Positions 42,240 through 52,211 of a DNA stretch of 64,000 nt are shown piece by piece; the stretch's first letter is position 1; every line of letters starts with the position of its first letter. The position numbers and the translations under genes were made by a program. Origin of the DNA: Alphaproteobacteria bacterium (GTDB lineage: Bacteria > Pseudomonadota > Alphaproteobacteria > CALKHQ01). The notes beneath the pieces are model-generated. The model worked only from the letters and a program-made list of their open reading frames with translations, had not been told where the DNA came from and did no database searches. The stretch is taken from assembly GCA_965227515.1 (NCBI GenBank), contig CBDDFZ010000001.1:2048001-2112000 (forward strand). Direction: 5' to 3'.

Positions 42240-44249
42240 ATGACCAACAAAGCAGCACATCGCGTGCCGATGCGCGCCACGCCTGCGTCGCGTGCGTTCG
42301 GTGCCGGGCGGCTGTGCGCCGTCGCGATCATCACCGTGGGCGTTGGCTTGAGCCTGGGCGCGCAAAGCGCATTCGCGCAAGCCTGCGAGCAGAGCCAGGG
42401 CCAACTGAGCCAGGCCATTGTCGATTCACAGTCCGCGCTCGACCAGATCGAGGGCGCGCTGAACAATTTCCAGAACGACCTGATCCAGCCCCGTACGGGC
42501 CCGATCGACAATAGCCAGATCGTCCAGGTGCGCGATGCGACCGACGAGTACATCGTCGCCTTGAACGATTTCAGCAGCCAGATCACCGGCATCAGCGAGG
42601 CGTGCGGTTCGGCCTTTGCCACCGACGTCGCGACCCTGAACGCCACTATCGAGCGCTATCGCACCCAGCGCACCCGTGCCGAGCAATTGCTGGCCGATCA
42701 CCAGTTGCTTGTGGATTCCGGCGAGCCGCCGATGACCCAGGCGCAGATGGAAGCGGTGCAGCGCGCGCTGATCAATCTGGGCTTCTATGACGGCGCCATC
42801 GATGGCCGCTTCGGGTCCAGCACCCGCGCGTCGATCCGCGCCTATCAGTCGTCGCGCAGCCTGGCGGCCACCGGCTATCTGACTCCGCCCCAGTTCCAGG
42901 AGCTGCTGGACACGCCAGAGGCGGACCAGGAGGTGGACACCCCGGTTGCCGACGTGCCGAATCTGCCGTCCGCGCCGACCGCGGATGGCGACCCGCCGCC
43001 GCCGGCCCCGGCCCTGAGCGACGAGGCGCGCGAAGTGTGCGTGGCCAACGTCAACCAGGTCACCACCGCGACCGAGCGCACGCAGGACTATCGCGCCGAG
43101 GTCAACCCGCGGGTCAGCGAACTGCGCACCATCCTGCGCGGGCCGCGCGTGCCAGCCTATGACGAGGAGGAAGCCGGCCGCATCGCGGAGAACATCGCCC
43201 GCTATCTGGACCAGATCGACGACTTCTACGACCAGGCCAGCAATGTCGGCACCGTGTGCGGCGACGAGTATGAGACCGCGCTTGCCTCGCTGAACAACCA
43301 GATCGATGCCTTGCGCAGCGTGCAGCAGCGCGCCGAGCAGATCGACCGCGACTTCGCGACCCTGATCGCCTCCGGCGAGCCGTCGATGTCGCGCGAGGAG
43401 ATGGTGCAGATCCAGCAGGCGTTGCAGGCGCGCGGCCACTATTCGGGCGCCCTCGATGCCCTGTTCGGGCCGAACACGCGCAATGCGATCCGCGCCTATC
43501 AGGCCGCCGTCGGCGCCGAGCAGACCGGCTATCTGACCGCCCGTCAGGTTGCCGACCTGCGCAGCGAGGCCGTGGCTCCGCCGCCGGACGACGAGCCGAG
43601 CGTGCAGGTGCTGGAGTCGCCGGACGACCCGATGGCGCGGCTGATCTCCACCGCCGTGGTCCGTGCGCAATTGGAGCAGGACCTCGCCGACCAGCCGTCG
43701 ATGCAGCCGTTCTCCGAGATCGGCCGTGACGAGGGCGCGTTCGGTGCCTTCTGGTGGCGCATGCACGACGCGCTGGCGACCAATGGCGACGCCAAGTACG
43801 TCATCGACAACCGCTATGCGCTGATGGGTGCGGTCTACATGGAGCGCTCGGCCGAATCGCTGGAGATGGTCGACACGCACCTGCTGATCGCCGACGCCTA
43901 TGCGCGTGCCGGCCTGTTCAGCGACGCCGCGATCCATCTGGAGCGGGCCTACCAGATGTGGCCGGCCCTCTCCCGCAATGCGCCGGCCGAGATGGCTGCG
44001 ATCCAGGCCCGGCTGGCATCGGTCCGGCTGGCCCAGGCGGCCGCTGGCGATGCGTTCGATGAAGGCGCGTTCGATGCCATCGCGACGATGCTGGCGGAAG
44101 CGCGGGCCTCGGCCGAGGCCAGCGTCGGCGCCAACGACGCGCTGACGCTGTCGATCGTGGATCGCCTGGCCGACCTGCATGCCGCCGCCAACCGTGAGGC
44201 GACGGATGCCGCGGTTGCGGCTGCCGTGCAGGCCCGCTACCCGCAGTAG
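42240..44249 (+). CDS. exported protein with two peptidoglycan-binding (PG_binding_1) modules and a TPR-like C-terminus
   Basis: Signal ending AFA; VQRAL..LGFYDGAIDGRFGSSTRASIRAYQ and IQQAL..RGHYSGALDALFGPNTRNAIRAYQ. Confidence 0.8.
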   Translation: MTNKAAHRVPMRATPASRAFGAGRLCAVAIITVGVGLSLGAQSAFAQACEQSQGQLSQAIVDSQSALDQIEGALNNFQNDLIQPRTGPIDNSQIVQVRDATDEYIVALNDFSSQITGISEACGSAFATDVATLNATIERYRTQRTRAEQLLADHQLLVDSGEPPMTQAQMEAVQRALINLGFYDGAIDGRFGSSTRASIRAYQSSRSLAATGYLTPPQFQELLDTPEADQEVDTPVADVPNLPSAPTADGDPPPPAPALSDEAREVCVANVNQVTTATERTQDYRAEVNPRVSELRTILRGPRVPAYDEEEAGRIAENIARYLDQIDDFYDQASNVGTVCGDEYETALASLNNQIDALRSVQQRAEQIDRDFATLIASGEPSMSREEMVQIQQALQARGHYSGALDALFGPNTRNAIRAYQAAVGAEQTGYLTARQVADLRSEAVAPPPDDEPSVQVLESPDDPMARLISTAVVRAQLEQDLADQPSMQPFSEIGRDEGAFGAFWWRMHDALATNGDAKYVIDNRYALMGAVYMERSAESLEMVDTHLLIADAYARAGLFSDAAIHLERAYQMWPALSRNAPAEMAAIQARLASVRLAQAAAGDAFDEGAFDAIATMLAEARASAEASVGANDALTLSIVDRLADLHAAANREATDAAVAAAVQARYPQ

Positions 44250-44446
44250 CGGCATGCGATAGCGGCCACCGGAACTGGTGGCCGCACGGGGTACGGTGCC
44301 CGCCCGGTCTGCCGATGTCTTCGGCGGCCCGCGGCGGGCACTGTCGTTCTTGGCGTCGATCTTGCTCGCCCCAAGCCAGGAAAGGGCCTTGCGCACATGC
44401 AAGCGTCCTGACGTTATTGCGCCTGCAACTTGCGCGAAGGACCGCC

Positions 44447-46240
44447 ATGCCCAATCTCGATCTCGCCCTTATCGGCAACTCAAGCTTCAATGCCCTGGTC
44501 GATCGCAACGGGCGCATCGTCTGGTGCTGCATGCCGCGTTTCGACGGCGACCCGCTGTTCTGCGCGCTGCTGCAGGACACCGACGAGCCCGATCATGGCT
44601 TCTTCGATGTCCAGTTGCAGAACATGGTCCGGGCCGAGCAGACCTATGAGCCGAACACCGCGATCCTGACCACGAGGCTGTTCGACAGCAACGGCAGCGG
44701 CATAGAGATCGAGGACTTCGCCCCGCGTTATTGGATGTTCGGGCGCGTGTTCCGGCCGGTCACGCTGGTGCGGCGGGTGCGCCCGATTGGCGGCACCCCG
44801 GCCGTGCGCATCCGGCTGCGGCCGACCTATGACTATGGTGCGGAAACGCCTGAGACGACGCGCGGCTCCAACCACGTGCGCTACCTGGTGCCGAACATGA
44901 CGCTGCGGCTGACCACCGATGTGCCCATCAGTTGCGTCACCGAGGAGCTGATGTTCGTGCTGGAGCAGGAATTCAGCATGCTGATCGGCCCGGACGAGAG
45001 CCTGACCCGGCCGGTCCGCGAGGTGGCGCACGAGTTCCACACCAACACGCTGGACTATTGGCGGGAATGGACGCGCTACCTGTCGATCCCGTTCGAGTGG
45101 CAGGATCAGGTGATCCGCGCGGCCATCACGCTGAAGCTGTGCGCCTACGAGGAGACCGGCGCCATCATCGCGGCACCCACCACCTCGATCCCGGAGTCGC
45201 ATGGCTCGGAGCGCAATTGGGACTATCGCTTCTGCTGGTTGCGCGATGCCTATTTCGTCGTCCATGCGCTGAACCGGCTGGGCGCCACCCGGACGATGGA
45301 AGACTACCTGCGCTACATCATCAACGTGGTCATCGGCAGCGAGGAGACCCAGGGCGACAAGCTGCAGCCGCTCTATTCGATCCTGATGGAGCCGAAGACC
45401 GACGAGCGCATCGTCGAGAGCCTGCCCGGCTATCGCGGCATGGGGCCGGTGCGCGTCGGCAATGCCGCCTATACCCAGCACCAGCACGATGTGTATGGCG
45501 CCGTGGTGCTGGCCAGCGCGCAGGCGTTCTTCGACAGCCGGCTGACGCGCCCGGGCGGCGAGACCCTGTTCGGGCGGCTGGAACGCATGGGCGAGCAGGC
45601 CTGGCTGCTGTACGACAAGCCCGATGCCGGGCCTTGGGAACTGCGCGGGTCGGTCCATGTGCACACGTTCTCGACCCTGATGTGCTGGTGCGCCTGCGAC
45701 CGGCTGGCGCGCATCGCGGCCCGCCTGGATCTGGCGGACCGGGCGGCGGAATGGACGGAGCGCGCCGACACCATTCGCACCTACATCGAAACCGAGGCGT
45801 GGAACGAGGAGGAGCAGGCCTACACCCAGGCGATCGGTGGAACGGAACTGGATGCCTCGCTGTTGTTGATGAACAACCTGGGGTTCGTGGCGGCGGACGA
45901 TCCGCGGTTTGCCAGCACGGTGGATGCCATCGGACGGGTGCTGAAACGGGGCATGTATGTCTTCCGCTACCGCGCCGCCGACGACTTCGGCGAACCGGAG
46001 AATGCGTTCAATATCTGCACCTTCTGGTACATCGACGCCATTGCGGCGCTGGGGCGCGACGAGGAGGCGCGGGCCATGTTCCAGAACATGCTGGGCTGCC
46101 TGAACCATGTCGGCCTGCTGTCGGAGGACCTGGATGTGCACACCGGCGAGCAGTGGGGCAATTTCCCACAGACCTATTCGCTGGTCGGCCTGATAAGCTC
46201 GGCCATGCGTCTGTCGAAATCGTGGGAGGATGCATTTTGA
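44447..46240 (+). CDS. glycoside hydrolase family 15 (trehalase/glucoamylase-like)
   Basis: AAPTTSIPE, RNWDYRFCWLRDA, PVRVGNAA, LLSED, GNFPQTYS. Confidence 0.93.
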   Translation: MPNLDLALIGNSSFNALVDRNGRIVWCCMPRFDGDPLFCALLQDTDEPDHGFFDVQLQNMVRAEQTYEPNTAILTTRLFDSNGSGIEIEDFAPRYWMFGRVFRPVTLVRRVRPIGGTPAVRIRLRPTYDYGAETPETTRGSNHVRYLVPNMTLRLTTDVPISCVTEELMFVLEQEFSMLIGPDESLTRPVREVAHEFHTNTLDYWREWTRYLSIPFEWQDQVIRAAITLKLCAYEETGAIIAAPTTSIPESHGSERNWDYRFCWLRDAYFVVHALNRLGATRTMEDYLRYIINVVIGSEETQGDKLQPLYSILMEPKTDERIVESLPGYRGMGPVRVGNAAYTQHQHDVYGAVVLASAQAFFDSRLTRPGGETLFGRLERMGEQAWLLYDKPDAGPWELRGSVHVHTFSTLMCWCACDRLARIAARLDLADRAAEWTERADTIRTYIETEAWNEEEQAYTQAIGGTELDASLLLMNNLGFVAADDPRFASTVDAIGRVLKRGMYVFRYRAADDFGEPENAFNICTFWYIDAIAALGRDEEARAMFQNMLGCLNHVGLLSEDLDVHTGEQWGNFPQTYSLVGLISSAMRLSKSWEDAF

Positions 46241-47616
46241 GCCGCCTGGTCGTCGTTTCGAACCGCGTCGCTCCGGTCGTCGAGGGCAAGGCCTCGGCGG
46301 GCGGGCTTGCCGTCGGCGTTCTGGCGGCCTTGCGCCAGACCGGCGGCATGTGGTTCGGCTGGAGCGGCGACCTGGTGAGCGACGACCCCGGGCCGGTGGC
46401 GGTGTTCGAAACCGGGCAGGTCACCTATGCGACGATGGACCTGGCGGAGCGGGACTACGACGAATATTACAACGGCTTTGCGAATTCCACGTTATGGCCG
46501 TTGTTTCATTACCGTATCGACCTGGTCAACTTCTCGCGCCGCCAGTACACCACTTACCAGCGGGTCAATACGCTGTTCGCGACGCGCCTGCGGCCGCTGC
46601 TGAAGGACGACGACCTGATCTGGGTCCACGACTACCACCTGATCCCCCTGGGTCAGGAACTGCGGCGCAACGGCACCGAGAACCGGATCGGCTTCTTCCT
46701 GCACACGCCCTGGCCGGCGCTGGAGGTGCTGCTGTCGCTGCCGGCCCATGGCCCGCTGGTGCGCGCGTTGTGTGCCTACGACGTCATCGGCTTTCACACC
46801 GAACGCGACCTGCGCTCGTTCCACGACTACGTCCGTTACGAGGCCGGCGGCCAGGTGCGCGAGGACGGCACCATTTCGGTCTACGGGCGCACGCTGCGGG
46901 CCGCGGCCTTCCCCATCGGCGTCGACGTGGAGAATGTTGCCAGCATGGCGGCGGTGGCCGCGCAGTCGCCGCAGACCCGACGGCTGAAGGAGACCTTGCA
47001 CGAGCGCGCGCTGATGGTCGGCGTCGACCGGCTGGATTATTCCAAGGGCCTGGTCAACCGGTTCGAGGCTTTCGAGCGCCTGCTGGAGTCCTATCCGGCC
47101 AATCGCGGCCACGTCATCCTGTTGCAGATCGCGCCGCCGTCGCGCACCGAGGTGCAGCAGTACATCGAGATGCGCCGCGAGCTGGAGACCGCCGCCGGCC
47201 ACATCAACGGCCGCTTCGCCGACTACGACTGGGTGCCGATCCGCTATCTGAACAAGGGCTTCAACAGGAAGGCGCTGGTCGGTTTCCTGCGGATCGCCGA
47301 TGCGGCCCTGGTGACCCCGCTGCGCGACGGCATGAACCTGGTCGCCAAGGAATATGTCGCGGCGCAGGACCCGGAGAATCCGGGTGTCCTGATCCTCTCC
47401 CGCTTCGCCGGTGCGGCGGAGGAGATGGATGGCGCGCTGGTGATCAATCCCTACGACACCGATACGGTGGCCGAGGCGATGCAGCGCGCGCTCGACATGC
47501 CGCTGGAGGAGCGGAAGGAGCGCTGGCAGACCGACATGGATGCGCTGCGCCGCAACGACATCAGCGCCTGGCGCGAGCGGTTCATGGCCGCGCTGGCCGC
47601 TGTCCCGGCCGCATAG
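46237..47616 (+). CDS. otsA: alpha,alpha-trehalose-phosphate synthase
   Basis: TTG start overlapping the GH15 stop; LVVVSNR, GGLA, WVHDYHL, GVDRLDYSKG, RDGMNLVAKEY. Confidence 0.95.
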   Translation: MSRLVVVSNRVAPVVEGKASAGGLAVGVLAALRQTGGMWFGWSGDLVSDDPGPVAVFETGQVTYATMDLAERDYDEYYNGFANSTLWPLFHYRIDLVNFSRRQYTTYQRVNTLFATRLRPLLKDDDLIWVHDYHLIPLGQELRRNGTENRIGFFLHTPWPALEVLLSLPAHGPLVRALCAYDVIGFHTERDLRSFHDYVRYEAGGQVREDGTISVYGRTLRAAAFPIGVDVENVASMAAVAAQSPQTRRLKETLHERALMVGVDRLDYSKGLVNRFEAFERLLESYPANRGHVILLQIAPPSRTEVQQYIEMRRELETAAGHINGRFADYDWVPIRYLNKGFNRKALVGFLRIADAALVTPLRDGMNLVAKEYVAAQDPENPGVLILSRFAGAAEEMDGALVINPYDTDTVAEAMQRALDMPLEERKERWQTDMDALRRNDISAWRERFMAALAAVPAA

Positions 47617-47631
47617 CGCGCGCTGCTGGCC

Positions 47632-48591
47632 ATGCCCGACCCGGAATATCGCCTGCTTGCCGACATCGGCGGCACCAATGCCCGGTTCGCATTGCAACGG
47701 ACCGGCGAGGAACCGGAGCATGTCATCGTCCTGCCGACCGGCGACTACGACGATCTGGGTGCGGCAACAACGGCATATCTGGACCGACTGCCCGACGGGC
47801 TTGCCGTGCGTCGCGCCGCCGTGTGCCTGGCGTGTCCGATCTTGGGCGACCGGGTGAAGCTGACCAACAACCGCTGGGACTTCTCCATCGCAGATACAAG
47901 GACGGCGCTGGGGCTGGACGTGTTGCACGTGATCAACGACTTCGCGGCGGTCGCGCTGTCGGTGCCGCATCTGGCGGCGGACGCCCTGGAGCAGGTCGGC
48001 GGCGGCCCGGCGGTGCCGCGTGCGCCGGTCGGGGTGCTTGGCGCCGGCACCGGGCTTGGCGTCGGTGCTTTGATGCCGTTGGGGGAGGCGAGCTGGCTGC
48101 CGGTGCCGGGCGAGGGCGGCCATGCCACCATGGCGCCGATGACCGCCCGCGAAGACGCGATATTCGCGCGGGTGCGCCATCGCTTCGGCCATGCGTCGGC
48201 GGAGCGGGTGCTGTCCGGCGCCGGCATCGTCAACCTGCACGCCGCGATCACGGCGGAGGACGATTTCGCGGCCGAGCACTTGACGCCGGAGGAGATCACC
48301 GCGCGTGCCGTTGCCGGCGACGTGCTCTGCGACGAGACCCTGGAGATGTTCTGCCTCGCCCTCGGCACCGTTGCCGCCAACGTGGCGCTGACCTTCAACG
48401 CGCAGGGTGGCATCTATATCGGCGGCGGCATCGTGCGCGAACTCGGCGAACGGTTCATGCGCTCGGGTTTCCGCGAGCGCTTTGAGACCAAGGGCCGGTT
48501 CAGCGATTTCCTGGCGACGGTGCCGGTGTTTCAGATCGTCAAGCCGTTTTCCGCCATGATCGGGCTGGCGGCCCTGCTGGACCAGGACTAA
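47632..48591 (+). CDS. glk: glucokinase
   Basis: ADIGGTNARFA, LTN, INDF, GAGTGLG, EGGH, ERVLSG, F.TKGRF. Confidence 0.94.
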   Translation: MPDPEYRLLADIGGTNARFALQRTGEEPEHVIVLPTGDYDDLGAATTAYLDRLPDGLAVRRAAVCLACPILGDRVKLTNNRWDFSIADTRTALGLDVLHVINDFAAVALSVPHLAADALEQVGGGPAVPRAPVGVLGAGTGLGVGALMPLGEASWLPVPGEGGHATMAPMTAREDAIFARVRHRFGHASAERVLSGAGIVNLHAAITAEDDFAAEHLTPEEITARAVAGDVLCDETLEMFCLALGTVAANVALTFNAQGGIYIGGGIVRELGERFMRSGFRERFETKGRFSDFLATVPVFQIVKPFSAMIGLAALLDQD

Positions 48592-48676
48592 TCTGCGGCC
48601 CCATCGCAATCCGACTTCGCAACCGAACAAGACCGACGCGCCGACCGGACAGAGCGCGCGCCCAATGGAGGAAACC

Positions 48677-49429
48677 ATGAACCGTATCGATCTCGAAGGG
48701 CGCAATGCCATCGTCACCGGCGCCGCGCGCGGCATCGGCTATGCCATCGCCGAGCGCATCCTGCAGTCCGGCGCGTCGTGCGCGATCTGGGACATGAACG
48801 AGGACCGGATGGCGAGCGCCAAGGCGGCGCTGTCGGCGCACGGCACGGTGGAGACGGTCAAGGTCGACATCTCCGACGCCGGCTCGGTCGAGCACGCCAT
48901 GGGCGCCACGCTGGAGGCGCTTGGCCATGTCGACCTGGTGGTCAATTCCGCCGGTGTCGCCGGCGTGTCGAAGACGGCGTGGGAGTGCGGCCTGGACGAA
49001 TGGCGCCAGGTCATCGACATCAACCTGTGGGGCACCTATCTGGTTTGCCGCGCCGCCATTCCGCAGATGATCGACCGCGGCTACGGCCGCATCGTCAACA
49101 TCGCGTCGATTGCCGGCAAGGAGGGCAACCCCAACGCGTCGCACTACTCGGCCAGCAAGGCCGGCGTCATCGGCCTCACCAAGTCGCTCGGCAAGGAACT
49201 GGCGACCAGCGGCGTGGTGGTCAACTGCATCACGCCGGCGGTGATCATGACAGAGATCCTGGAACAGGTGAGCCAGGAGCACATCGACTACATGCTGTCG
49301 AAGATCCCGATGGGCCGGGCCGGCGAGCCCGGCGAGGTGGCGGCCCTGGTGGCGTGGCTGTGCAGCGAGGATGTCTCGTTCACAACCGGCGCCGTGTTCG
49401 ATATTTCCGGCGGCCGCGCGACCTATTGA
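48677..49429 (+). CDS. short-chain dehydrogenase/reductase (FabG-like)
   Basis: TGAARGIG, VNSAG, YSASK, FDISGGRATY. Confidence 0.9.
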   Translation: MNRIDLEGRNAIVTGAARGIGYAIAERILQSGASCAIWDMNEDRMASAKAALSAHGTVETVKVDISDAGSVEHAMGATLEALGHVDLVVNSAGVAGVSKTAWECGLDEWRQVIDINLWGTYLVCRAAIPQMIDRGYGRIVNIASIAGKEGNPNASHYSASKAGVIGLTKSLGKELATSGVVVNCITPAVIMTEILEQVSQEHIDYMLSKIPMGRAGEPGEVAALVAWLCSEDVSFTTGAVFDISGGRATY

Positions 49430-49457
49430 CAGATTGGGTGTTCGCGCCCAGCATTGT

Positions 49458-49483
49458 CGGGTCCCTGTCTTTGCAGGGACCCG
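49458..49483 (+). terminator. inverted repeat, probable terminator
   Basis: cgggtccctg-N6-cagggacccg followed by T-rich sequence. Confidence 0.55.
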
Positions 49484-49562
49484 TTGATATTTTGTAGTGT
49501 ATTTGGGCCGACATTTGACGGCTCGATTTTTTATTTTTATCAAGCCATTAGGAGTCTTCGTC

Positions 49563-50618
49563 ATGGCGACCGATCGCAATTGGTTCTTGAAGACCGTGGG
49601 CGCGCCGCGTGCCTGGCAGATGGTGCAGGGCGGCAAGAAAATCGATTTCGACAACATCGACTGGGCGCGGATCGGCGCGTTCCAATGGGGCGATATCCGC
49701 ATCGCCCATCTGGATCACGGCTACACCTCCCATCCGGCGACCCGCAACATCGTGCAGCCCACGCTGGGCCGCAACTACATGGACGCCGGTGCCACCGACC
49801 CGCGCGACCCGCTGAACTATGGCGATATGTTCGGCTTTCCCGGCCACGGCACCCGCACCGGCTCCGTGCTGGTCGGCGCCGACAAGGCGGAGCCGTTCCT
49901 GGGCGCGGCACCGCGCTGCATGCTGGTGCCCTACCGGGTGACCAACCGCAGCGTGCTTAACCTGGGCGGCGGCACGTCCGGCCCGCCGGAGACCACCAAC
50001 ATCGCCAAGGCGCTGGACCACGCCATCGAAAGCAGCAAGTGCCAGATCGTCTCGATCAGCCTGGGTGCCGTCTTCGGTGCGCCTGATATGGGTGCGGCCA
50101 TCGACCGCGCCTATGAAAAGGGCGTCATCGTCGTCTGCGCGGCGGGGCAGATCGTGGAAGAGGTGGTCTATCCCGGCAAATACCCGCAGACGATCAGCTG
50201 CGGCGGCTTCAAGCCCGGTTACTGGCCCTACTACCAGTATCGCAGCTCGGGCATCCAGCCCGACATCTGGGCGCCGGGCACCAACGTTTGGCGGGGCGGG
50301 GCCGGGCTACCGGACGACGGCACGAACACTTACGACTACGACGAAGGCGACGGCACGTCCTACAGCACCGCGATGATCGCCGGGCTGGCGGCGCTGTTCC
50401 TGCGCCAGCATGAGAAGACCATGGCCACCAAGGGCTACACCGGCTGGCAGCGCGTCGAACTGTTCCGGTCGTTGCTGACACGCGGCAGCCGTGCCGTGCG
50501 GGGCGTGGACGGCGCCAGGGCCGTGCAGTTCCCGGGCGTGCTGCGCGCGGGCTTCGACTGGCCCAAGCCTTCGGCGCTGAAGAAGATCAAGACCAAAGCG
50601 GAAGACATGGTGAGTTAA
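49563..50618 (+). CDS. S8 (subtilisin-like) peptidase without an obvious signal peptide
   Basis: Triad motifs AHLDHG, GHGTRTGS, GTSYST; SISLG, AAG, YPG, PDIWAPG; RBS AGGAG. Confidence 0.85.
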   Translation: MATDRNWFLKTVGAPRAWQMVQGGKKIDFDNIDWARIGAFQWGDIRIAHLDHGYTSHPATRNIVQPTLGRNYMDAGATDPRDPLNYGDMFGFPGHGTRTGSVLVGADKAEPFLGAAPRCMLVPYRVTNRSVLNLGGGTSGPPETTNIAKALDHAIESSKCQIVSISLGAVFGAPDMGAAIDRAYEKGVIVVCAAGQIVEEVVYPGKYPQTISCGGFKPGYWPYYQYRSSGIQPDIWAPGTNVWRGGAGLPDDGTNTYDYDEGDGTSYSTAMIAGLAALFLRQHEKTMATKGYTGWQRVELFRSLLTRGSRAVRGVDGARAVQFPGVLRAGFDWPKPSALKKIKTKAEDMVS

Positions 50619-50692
50619 CCCTCATCCCCGTTTCCGCTGCGCGCTGCAATCGGCTACGCTAGCCCGAACCACACAAGGGGGAGGGATTCGGC

Positions 50693-52195
50693 ATGTCGTT
50701 GTCGGACGAGTTGGCCTGGAAGAGCGCGGCCGAAATCGCTCTGTTGATCCGTCGCAAGGCACTGTCGCCGGTGGAGGTGCTGGACGCCACCATCGAGCGG
50801 ATCGAGGCCCGCAACCCCAGCCTCAACGCGTTGGTCTATTTCGCCTATGACGAGGCGCGCGCGGCGGCGAAGGCGGCGGAAGAGGCGCTGACCAAGGGCG
50901 AGCCGCTGGGCCTGCTGCACGGCGTGCCGTCGGCGCTGAAGGACCTGTTCGACTTCAAGCCGGGCTGGATCTCCACCCTGGGTGGCCTGCCCCGCATGGC
51001 CAACCACAAGGTGGATGCCACCTCCGGTTTCGCCGAGGGCCTGGAGAGGGCCGGCGCGGTGCTGGTCGGCATGACCAACAGCCCGGTGCTGGGCTTCCGC
51101 GGCTGCTGCGACAATCCGCTGTTCGGGCCGACCCGCAACCCGTTCGACCTCAGCCGCAACAGCGGCGGTTCGTCCGGCGGTGCCGCGGCGGCTGTGGGCG
51201 ACGGACTGCTCTCTGTCGTGCAGGGCACCGACGGCGGCGGCTCGATCCGTATTCCGTCGGCGTTCTGCGGCGTTTATGGCTTCAAGCCCTCGCCGGGCCG
51301 CATCCCGCGCGTTGCCCGGCCGAATGCGTTCTCCGGCGTCACGCCATTCCTGTTCGAAGGCCCGATCGCGCGCACCGTCGAGGACGCCGCCCTGCTGATG
51401 ACGGCGCTGCATGACTACAACCCGCGCGACCCGTTCAGCCTGGACCAGCCGATGGACTACATGGGCGCGCTCGGCCGCTCGGTGAAGGGCTGGAAGATCG
51501 CCTACACGCCGGCCTGGGACGGTTTTCCCATCGAGAAGCCGGTCGCCGATGCGGTGGCCGCCGGGGTGCGCGCGTTCGAGGAGGCGGGCGCCCATGTCGA
51601 GGAAGTGAAGCTCGGCATCGACCGGCCGCAGGGCGAGCTGAGCGCGCTCTGGTGCCGCATGATCACCCCGCTCGGCCTGTCGACGTTCGAGTACATCAAG
51701 GAGCTTGGCCTCGACCTGCTGGGCGACCATCGCGACGAGTTCCCGCCGGAGTACCTGGAGTGGGCCGACGCGTGCCAGTCGATGACCGCGACCGAATTCT
51801 ACCGCGACCAAGAGATCCGTACCGAGGTCTACGACGCGATCCAGGACACGCTGGACGACTACGACATCATCGTCGGGCCGACGCTGTGCTGCCTGCCGGT
51901 GAAGAACACGGCGCGCGGCACCACCAAGGGGCCGACCGAGATCAACGGCGAGGCGATCAACCCGCTGATCGGCTGGTGCCCGACCTATCTGATCAACTAC
52001 ACCGGCAACCCGGCAGCCTCCATTCCGTGCGGTCCGTCGCCGGAGGGCCTGCCGGTCGGATTGCAGATCGTCGGCCGCCGATTCCGCGACGACGACGTAT
52101 TGACCGCGAGCGCCGCGTTCGAGCGCTTGCGGCCCTGGATGGGCACATACGCGGCGGCGGAGAATCGGCCGATGAGCGTGCCGGACGCGGCCTGA
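50693..52195 (+). CDS. amidase signature family protein
   Basis: GVPSALKD, GGSSGGAAA, GTDGGGSIRIP, GLPVGLQIVG. Confidence 0.93.
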   Translation: MSLSDELAWKSAAEIALLIRRKALSPVEVLDATIERIEARNPSLNALVYFAYDEARAAAKAAEEALTKGEPLGLLHGVPSALKDLFDFKPGWISTLGGLPRMANHKVDATSGFAEGLERAGAVLVGMTNSPVLGFRGCCDNPLFGPTRNPFDLSRNSGGSSGGAAAAVGDGLLSVVQGTDGGGSIRIPSAFCGVYGFKPSPGRIPRVARPNAFSGVTPFLFEGPIARTVEDAALLMTALHDYNPRDPFSLDQPMDYMGALGRSVKGWKIAYTPAWDGFPIEKPVADAVAAGVRAFEEAGAHVEEVKLGIDRPQGELSALWCRMITPLGLSTFEYIKELGLDLLGDHRDEFPPEYLEWADACQSMTATEFYRDQEIRTEVYDAIQDTLDDYDIIVGPTLCCLPVKNTARGTTKGPTEINGEAINPLIGWCPTYLINYTGNPAASIPCGPSPEGLPVGLQIVGRRFRDDDVLTASAAFERLRPWMGTYAAAENRPMSVPDAA

Positions 52196-52211
52196 TCTCG
52201 ACACAAGGCGG

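Noticed and set aside
44932-46236. 894-aa ORF suggesting an N-terminally extended OtsA
   Set aside because: The upstream part is an alternate frame of GH15; OtsA homology begins at TTG 46237.
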